From positions 1 through 41,044 of IMG/VR virus record IMGVR_UViG_3300044723_000587: DNA of 41,044 bases; one strand, written 5' to 3'. A program made the translations under genes and the position numbers. Position 1 is the stretch's first letter. Each line of letters starts with the position of its first letter. Shown piece after piece: positions 35,222 to 41,044 of the stretch. The DNA comes from a virus (taxonomy: Duplodnaviria > Caudoviricetes). A model generated the notes under the pieces. That model was not told the DNA's origin, ran no database searches, and saw nothing but the letters and a program-made list of their open reading frames with translations.

Positions 35222-35998
35222 TTATGCTAAAACTACAGAAGTAGCATAAAGAACTGAAGGTCTTGAAGCCAATACAGGAGCAACGACCATTGGCATTTCA
35301 GCTATAACATCTTTCCAGTCTGACTCTAAAGTTTCAATCATCACTTTTTCAAAAGCTTTTTGCCAGCTATAATTAGCTTGTGCTGCTGATATAGTAATAG
35401 TTAAAATATCATTACCTGCTGTTTTAGTTTTGTAAGTTAATACAACAGGTGTAGTACCTGCTCCACCTACTGTGGGAGTATTAGTAACTATATTATCTAA
35501 ATTAATTAATCTACCACCATAACCACTTTGAGATATAACAACCGCAGCATCAGATCCGTTATCATCAAAAATAAAGTTATCCATAGTTAAAGAAGTATCA
35601 GAATTAACCTTTGTTACTTTAGCCATTCTATCTGATGAAGTATTAATTACTAAGTCTCCTACATTTACATCAGTTAAAAAAGTTCCTGTTGCAACTAAAA
35701 AAGTATATGCGGCAGCATATGGCCATATTTTAAAAGCAGCACCTGAAACCTCTAAAGCAGTATTACCTGTTCCAGATATACTTAAAACAGTATCACTATC
35801 TACAGCTGTTACTGTAGAAATTGTCCATGTAGTAGTGTCTAAAACTTGATCTCCTACATTTACAGCAGCATTAAAGCCACCTGTAGCATAAGTTAGTTTG
35901 CCCGTAGCAGTACCAGATGTGGTACCTGCTATTGCTGGGGAAGCCATGTCCGCTGTTACACTGTAAAGCGGGAGAGGCACGTTAATAAACTTTCCCAT
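35222..35998 (-). CDS. Putative virion decoration protein with two repeated beta modules
   Basis: Probable start MGKF at 35998; two VNVGD.V.[DN]T repeats; ends resemble the 92-aa neighbour. Confidence 0.7.
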   Translation of the reverse strand: MGKFINVPLPLYSVTADMASPAIAGTTSGTATGKLTYATGGFNAAVNVGDQVLDTTTWTISTVTAVDSDTVLSISGTGNTALEVSGAAFKIWPYAAAYTFLVATGTFLTDVNVGDLVINTSSDRMAKVTKVNSDTSLTMDNFIFDDNGSDAAVVISQSGYGGRLINLDNIVTNTPTVGGAGTTPVVLTYKTKTAGNDILTITISAAQANYSWQKAFEKVMIETLESDWKDVIAEMPMVVAPVLASRPSVLYATSVVLA

Positions 35999-36000
35999 AA

Positions 36001-36279
36001 CTATGCTATAACTATTCCTGAAACTGCTTGTGGTGGTATAGCCATGTATGTTACACGAGTCCAAGAAGTTTGTAAAGCAGCAACCATTGAATCAGCAATA
36101 AATTTTCTCATACTGAAAGCTACTTGAGCAGCTGCAGTAAGTGTTGCAGTGTTACCATTTAAATAAGTAATAACTGTAGTAGTTGCTGTACCTGAAGCAG
36201 CTGTTACTGACAGGACTTCATTTACGTTTAAAAGAACGTCCCCAGAGCCTGTTACTGGGATTGATAAGAATTTTTCCAT
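36001..36279 (-). CDS. Small putative virion protein
   Basis: 92 aa, Ala/Thr-rich, downstream of the capsid cluster. Confidence 0.7.
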   Translation of the reverse strand: MEKFLSIPVTGSGDVLLNVNEVLSVTAASGTATTTVITYLNGNTATLTAAAQVAFSMRKFIADSMVAALQTSWTRVTYMAIPPQAVSGIVIA

Positions 36280-36311
36280 TTTATAAAAGTTTTTAATGGG
36301 TTAATAAAGTG

Positions 36312-36319
36312 CAAAGATA
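36312..36319 (-). promoter_or_regulatory. -7 promoter element
   Basis: TATCTTTG on the - strand, upstream of the ATG at 36279. Confidence 0.65.
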
Positions 36320-36322
36320 GAT

Positions 36323-36347
36323 AAAAAAAAACACCCTTATTAGGGTG
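36323..36347 (-). terminator. Rho-independent terminator
   Basis: CACCCT/AGGGTG stem and T9 tract on the - strand. Confidence 0.8.
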
Positions 36348-36372
36348 CTCTTTTAAATTATGTTAATAAAGA

Positions 36373-37128
36373 TTATTTCTTTTTCTTTAACATTTGTTTT
36401 AATAACTTGTAAGTCTCCAGTCCTTCATCAGTTTGTAAATAAGAAGATACAATATCATTTGGTTGTTCTCCATAAGGAACTGTTAACATTTTAGTTTTAT
36501 TTTTAGCTAAGTTAAAATAAACATCTCTTTGGTTGTTTCTTAAAGTTAATAGGTTTTTACTAAAAAACTGAACAACATCATCATACATTTGTAGTGCAGG
36601 ATCATTTAAAATATCAATAAAGTCTTCAGGATGATTTCTTGAAAAGACAAGGATATCTCTTTTTAATTCTGCGGTACTTAACTTATCTGCACCAGAACCT
36701 AAAAGAACACGTGCAACCGTTTCAAGCATTGCAATATCTAAATCTCTTGCTAACAGTTGAGCATCTAAAATTAATTCTTCAATTTCTAATTCTTCAGCCG
36801 CATCTTTTGCTTCATCTATTTCATCGAATATCATTCCGTTTCCAGGATGTAAAGATAAAAAGTGTTGAAGTACTTGGTTGGTTCTATCTACAGTTAGGAA
36901 ACCATCTTCAAAAACAATAGGCTCCATAATAGCATTACCGTCTTGCTCTTCCTCAAAAGGGCTCTTTTGGTTTCTTGCATAACGAAGAGGTTTGTTTACT
37001 CCTGACTCTTCGTCAAAATAAAGTAATGGGGATCTTTTGTTGTGGTGTGAATTTAACATGAAGCACAATGGTGCTACATCTCTCTTAAGTTTATACTGCT
37101 TAGTAACAGTGGTTTTTGGTTTTTTCAT
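36373..37128 (-). CDS. Hypothetical protein downstream of the major capsid gene
   Basis: 251 aa; LRYARNQKSPFEEEQ, PIVFEDG, FLSLHP. Confidence 0.75.
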   Translation of the reverse strand: MKKPKTTVTKQYKLKRDVAPLCFMLNSHHNKRSPLLYFDEESGVNKPLRYARNQKSPFEEEQDGNAIMEPIVFEDGFLTVDRTNQVLQHFLSLHPGNGMIFDEIDEAKDAAEELEIEELILDAQLLARDLDIAMLETVARVLLGSGADKLSTAELKRDILVFSRNHPEDFIDILNDPALQMYDDVVQFFSKNLLTLRNNQRDVYFNLAKNKTKMLTVPYGEQPNDIVSSYLQTDEGLETYKLLKQMLKKKK

Positions 37129-37151
37129 TTTATTGTAATTTAATTAAAGTT

Positions 37152-37181
37152 AAAAAAAAGGGGAGGAGGTTAATCCTCCCC
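37152..37181 (-). terminator. Rho-independent terminator after the major capsid gene
   Basis: GGGGAGGA/TCCTCCCC stem followed by T8 on the - strand. Confidence 0.85.
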
Positions 37182-37198
37182 TAAATTAGTGTTACTTA

Positions 37199-38638
37199 TT
37201 AATCTCTAAATAAGAAGAAGTTGTTTGCACCTAAAGTACATACAGCTCTTTCAGATAAGAAGTTAACTGTCATTGCATCAAGATCAGAAGTTCTTGCGCC
37301 ACCAGCTGAACCAGTGATCCAAGTTTTGTAACGTCTGTCTTCAGTCTCAGAAGCTCTGTAACGAACATGTAAGAATGGTCTCTTAGCGTTCTTACCTAAG
37401 ATTTGGTCATATACAGTTGTAGAACCAGCTGGAACCATAAGTCCATTGATTGCTCCACCTGTTAAACCACCTCTCATAGTAGGATCGTTTAAGTATTTCC
37501 AGTCTGACTTGTAGAAGTCATAACCTCTTCGGAATCCTGTGAATCCTAAGTTAAGAGCCATTTCTTCGTCATTGTCAAATAAACCATATGAAGTACCACC
37601 AGCTCCGTAAGAGTTTTGAGCAGCTAACATATCGTCAATATCAAATGAGAATTGTCTATTACAGAAAATAACATTTTCCTCGATAGCGCCTTGCTTGTCA
37701 AGTCTTTGGATTACTGAATCGAAACCTGCAAGAGCAACTGGGTTACCACCACTCCATACATTTCCTCTTGTATTTACTACATGGAAAACTCCTTCAGAAC
37801 CTTTGTTTCCTACTGGAGCTGCTGCTGCTGCTGCACCAGAACCTACCGCTGCAGGAACCGCTTCAACCATTGCAGTCTCAAGATAGTCTTCAAAACGAAG
37901 TCTTGTTTCGTGCTCAGATTTTAGGTACCATAAGTATCCTGTACCACCATTCTCAGTAGAAATTTCTACCCATCCAATTTGAGCCATGTCAGAACCGCTT
38001 ACCTCGTAAGTGTCTTTAATGATAATTGGAGAGTTTTCAAATATTAAGTCTTGAGCTTCTAAAGATCCTTGCATTCCTACTTGACCTTTTGCAAACTCAG
38101 AACCATAAATAAATATACTACAGTTTGTAGCTGCTGCCATTGCTTGACCACCTGCTTCATAGTAAGCTACAGTTACTGTATATGGAGCTACGTTTGAAAC
38201 AGCTGTTACAATAGCTTTATTGCTTAGTACAGAACCTGCAGTCTCATCAGAAATCATTACAGTTTGACCTACTCTGATTGCTGAAAAACCTCCTGTTGGT
38301 TGTGATGAAGCTGGAGCTGCTGGGTTAACTTGAGCTGTTGGAATAGTCCAAGTTGCTACGTTAGCCGCTGCTGCTGCTGCAGATGTACATGCTGTATACT
38401 TAGTGTGTAACCTTCCTTGCTCAGCCCATTTAATAAGGTCAGAGTTAGAAGGCATTTCAGCACCAACCATTCTTAAGAATGATGCTACTGTTCTATTACC
38501 ATATCTTTCAAATTCTTTCTCATATGTATCTGGAAGATACTGATTTAAGAAATCAAAGTTAGTAATGTAATTTGTTGCCAGGGCAACCTGTTGACTACTT
38601 GGTTGTAAGTCAAATCCTGGTGTTGCATTAATTGCCAT
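37199..38638 (-). CDS. Major capsid protein
   Basis: 479 aa after portal and scaffold, followed by a strong terminator; QYLPDTYEKEFERYGNR, WAEQGRLH, LNLGFTGFRRGYDFYK. Confidence 0.85.
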   Translation of the reverse strand: MAINATPGFDLQPSSQQVALATNYITNFDFLNQYLPDTYEKEFERYGNRTVASFLRMVGAEMPSNSDLIKWAEQGRLHTKYTACTSAAAAAANVATWTIPTAQVNPAAPASSQPTGGFSAIRVGQTVMISDETAGSVLSNKAIVTAVSNVAPYTVTVAYYEAGGQAMAAATNCSIFIYGSEFAKGQVGMQGSLEAQDLIFENSPIIIKDTYEVSGSDMAQIGWVEISTENGGTGYLWYLKSEHETRLRFEDYLETAMVEAVPAAVGSGAAAAAAPVGNKGSEGVFHVVNTRGNVWSGGNPVALAGFDSVIQRLDKQGAIEENVIFCNRQFSFDIDDMLAAQNSYGAGGTSYGLFDNDEEMALNLGFTGFRRGYDFYKSDWKYLNDPTMRGGLTGGAINGLMVPAGSTTVYDQILGKNAKRPFLHVRYRASETEDRRYKTWITGSAGGARTSDLDAMTVNFLSERAVCTLGANNFFLFRD

Positions 38639-38657
38639 TTTTGTTTAATTTTTTAAT

Positions 38658-39761
38658 TTATACTTTTTTTATACTTCTTATTTTGAGTCCTTTACCACTA
38701 CTATTATCACCTACGGTTCTAATCTTCAATCCATCTTTACTGAATGTCTGAGGAGTTTTACGCATGTCCATATTAATGTTTTTAGATTTCTTAGTAACAT
38801 TATCTACAGCTTCGGTCATCCCCTGATTGTAAAAAAATTCAGCAAATTTGTCGAGATTCATAGCTACCGACATAGCTCTATGATATCCTTGAGCGTCATT
38901 CATCAATCCTGACTCTGCATCCATATACTTGTTTACAAAGTTGTTTACATTAGATTGCTTACTTTTTAACTCATCTCTATCACCAGGTTTAAAGTTAAAA
39001 CTTTTTTCTCCGATATTGAACTCAAAACCTTTGAACTCATCGTTAAAAACCTCATCAGTCTTTGATAAAAAATAGTCATACCTTTTCTTCTGTGCTTCTT
39101 TAGCAGTGTTAGATTCCTCTACATAACTTTTATAGCTATTAAATTCTTCCATGTTCTCTTTAGATAAACCCTTCCCACTTGACTCAAGAGGAAGTTTATA
39201 TTTATCTTTTTGTTCATTTAAAAACTTTTTAGCTTTTACAAGTTCTCTTTTTTTGGCTAATTGCTTTTTCTTAATATCTTTAGGATCATCTAAATCTTCG
39301 TCAAACGAAAACTTATCTTCTATAATGTCTGAGATATCACTACTATCCAACCCTTCTTCTGTTGAATTGTAATAAGCTCTTAGCACTTGGTCACCATCCA
39401 TTTCATCATAGTCCTTTTGTAATTTTACAAAGTCTTCGATTCCACGTCCAGTTTCTTTTTTGTACTTAAAATATGCTGAGACATCTTCAGGTAAATCTTC
39501 ATTTGATTCTTTCGTTTCAAATAATTGATCTACTGAATCTATGTCTTTATCATATCTGCTTTTAATATATGAAAGAACGTCTGCATCATTTAACTCTGGT
39601 GCGGGAGTTTCTTCTTTTACTTCTATTTTTTCTGGCTCTGAATCTTTATTTTCTGTTGATTCAAATTTTTCTTCATGTTCTTTAAGTAGTTTTTCTTCTA
39701 TTTCTACTTTGGATTTTTCAACCCCTGTCACATCTTTTACTATAATTTTTTGCTCGTCCAT
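38658..39761 (-). CDS. Capsid scaffolding protein
   Basis: Acidic, charged helical protein between portal and capsid, with a basic C-terminal tip. Confidence 0.7.
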   Translation of the reverse strand: MDEQKIIVKDVTGVEKSKVEIEEKLLKEHEEKFESTENKDSEPEKIEVKEETPAPELNDADVLSYIKSRYDKDIDSVDQLFETKESNEDLPEDVSAYFKYKKETGRGIEDFVKLQKDYDEMDGDQVLRAYYNSTEEGLDSSDISDIIEDKFSFDEDLDDPKDIKKKQLAKKRELVKAKKFLNEQKDKYKLPLESSGKGLSKENMEEFNSYKSYVEESNTAKEAQKKRYDYFLSKTDEVFNDEFKGFEFNIGEKSFNFKPGDRDELKSKQSNVNNFVNKYMDAESGLMNDAQGYHRAMSVAMNLDKFAEFFYNQGMTEAVDNVTKKSKNINMDMRKTPQTFSKDGLKIRTVGDNSSGKGLKIRSIKKV

Positions 39762-39781
39762 TTTATTTAATTTAATTTATA

Positions 39782-39789
39782 CAAAGTTA
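39782..39789 (-). promoter_or_regulatory. -7 promoter element for the scaffold-capsid operon
   Basis: TAACTTTG on the - strand, 20 nt upstream of the ATG at 39761. Confidence 0.6.
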
Positions 39790-39815
39790 ATACTATTTTT
39801 ATAGGTTTTTCAAGC

Positions 39816-41044
39816 TTATCGAGGCTCAAATTCTGCTAAGTCAAAACCATCTAAACTATCCTCATTAGACTCAAAGTTAATCGGGGGAAGGTTTCTTTTT
39901 CGTTGTTCAATCATTTTAGATTGCTGTGTATTCCCTTGACTTATACGCTCAGCCTTTGCATCCTCTTTTTGTGTTTCTCTTGCGTCAATTTGTGATTGCT
40001 CCATACCCCTTAGTTGCATATTCATATTGAATTCAACTTGCATTAATTGACGTTTAAGGTCTGCTTCATTTTTTTGTTTCTCAATTTCAAAAGCTATCTC
40101 TGCTTGTTTGATTTGTATTTTCGCTTGAAGCTCTGCCTGTGTTTGTTGCATTTTAGATTGAGCTGCTTGTTGTTGCAATTGTTGTTGTTGTTGGTTTTGC
40201 ATTGCCTGCTTCTGCTGCTCTTGAGCTTGTTTTTCTGCAGCACTCTGTTTACGCTTAACCTTTAATAATTGATTAGCCATCTTAAGATTATTAATAGTTC
40301 TAATATCAATAGCATCTTCTAAGTCAATACCTTGTTGTTGTAATGCCATTTGTATATTAGCTTCTAATTGAGCCTTTTCTTCTTCATCAGGACTCATCTC
40401 TATAAATATTCCAAAGTCATATATATATAGATTTTTTATTTCATCTAAAATATTTAAATTGTATTTACCAATCTGCATTGCAAACTCATCTCTAAAATCT
40501 GCATACTGTAATACATCTGCAGTTCTAATAGATAAACATTCTGCTAATGTTTTAGTTATATATAAACTTGCATTTAATATATGTCTTGTTGCTACATTAG
40601 AATTTAATGCAGCTAATTTCTGTATACCAACTAAAGAATTTGGATCAGGTGTTGATGCATCACGAGCTTCATTTAATCCTGTAACCTGTCTTATCATATT
40701 TAAATAATGATTATAATTACCAATAAGCATTTGCATTTTACTTTGACCACTATTAGATGTTAATTGAGTAATTGGAACTTTAGCATTATTAAACTCACCA
40801 TCTTGAGTATAACTTCTACCTACCACACTACCTGTTTGGAAGTATAACTTTAAAGCATCTTCAGGATTATAAGCAGCACCTGTGCCTAAGTCTACCTCAC
40901 TTAATCCATCAGCATCTATAAATACACCGTCTGGAACAACCTTAGAAACAACTTGCTGAATCTTTAAATGTGATATTTGAATTAAGTCTGCAAAAGGAAT
41001 CATTCTTCTAACTAAAGACTCTAAAGTTCCTTTGTACATTCTTG
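39816..41044 (-). CDS. Portal protein, C-terminal part (5' end outside the window)
   Basis: SLVRRMIPFAD, VTGLNEARD, DFGIFIE, long Gln-rich coiled-coil barrel; frame stays open to the window edge. Confidence 0.82.
   Translation of the reverse strand, partial: RMYKGTLESLVRRMIPFADLIQISHLKIQQVVSKVVPDGVFIDADGLSEVDLGTGAAYNPEDALKLYFQTGSVVGRSYTQDGEFNNAKVPITQLTSNSGQSKMQMLIGNYNHYLNMIRQVTGLNEARDASTPDPNSLVGIQKLAALNSNVATRHILNASLYITKTLAECLSIRTADVLQYADFRDEFAMQIGKYNLNILDEIKNLYIYDFGIFIEMSPDEEEKAQLEANIQMALQQQGIDLEDAIDIRTINNLKMANQLLKVKRKQSAAEKQAQEQQKQAMQNQQQQQLQQQAAQSKMQQTQAELQAKIQIKQAEIAFEIEKQKNEADLKRQLMQVEFNMNMQLRGMEQSQIDARETQKEDAKAERISQGNTQQSKMIEQRKRNLPPINFESNEDSLDGFDLAEFEPR

Larger units (their letters stand above)
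1..41044. mobile_element. Bacteriophage genome fragment (podovirus-like, probable Bacteroidota/Flavobacteriia host)
   Basis: Portal-scaffold-capsid-tail-ejection order on the - strand; recombination and replication genes on the + strand; no housekeeping genes; Bacteroidota-type promoter motifs. Confidence 0.93.

Noticed and set aside
35999-36064. N-terminal extension of ORF 35222..36064 or a frameshift fusion with the 92-aa gene
   Set aside because: The ATG at 35998 follows the upstream stop by 2 nt and matches the paralogue's N-terminus; no slippery site is evident.
40140-40230. TTG/CTG triplet runs as a microsatellite or contingency locus
   Set aside because: They encode the Gln-rich portal barrel with mixed codons; the GCT runs in the capsid gene likewise encode Ala tracts.
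15774-40707. Short + strand ORFs opposite the structural genes
   Set aside because: Antisense shadows with composition explained by the sense-strand codons.
1-41044. Stop-codon reassignment as in some crAss-like phages
   Set aside because: Genes are long and densely packed under the standard code, and TAA, TAG and TGA all end plausible genes.
1-41044. CRISPR array, tRNA, integrase, reverse transcriptase or diversity-generating retroelement
   Set aside because: No regularly spaced repeats, cloverleaf, recombinase or RT motifs were seen by eye; tRNAscan-SE and a self dot-plot would confirm.

Overview
The window is an AT-rich 41 kb fragment of a tailed dsDNA phage with podovirus-like gene content. 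The host is most likely Bacteroidota/Flavobacteriia, inferred from TTTG-N19-TAnnTTTG promoters, AT-rich non-Shine-Dalgarno start contexts and a BT4734-type primase. Two arms converge at about 12.6 kb. The + arm (1-12626) carries early hypothetical genes, Nmad1/DUF1599, two DnaA-C-like HTH proteins, a Sak3-like annealase, a PD-(D/E)XK exonuclease, SSB, a probable origin, a primase-helicase, an SF2 helicase, VRR-NUC and HNH. The - arm (41044 to 12607) carries the portal (5'-truncated), scaffold, major capsid, tail ring and nozzle proteins, a GNAT-like protein, ejection proteins and a 3224-aa giant protein. Highlights: (1) a complete type I hammerhead ribozyme at 477-532, abutting a stop codon and with a competing 3' hairpin; (2) a giant virion protein in which an HExxH metallopeptidase precedes modules delimited by seven EK[A/N]Q motifs, a candidate self-processing injected polyprotein; (3) two further structured intergenic RNAs; (4) small ORFs missing from the ORF track; (5) an apparently split nozzle gene and a beta module shared by four virion proteins. 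Protein family calls come from motif recognition and gene order only; no searches were run.
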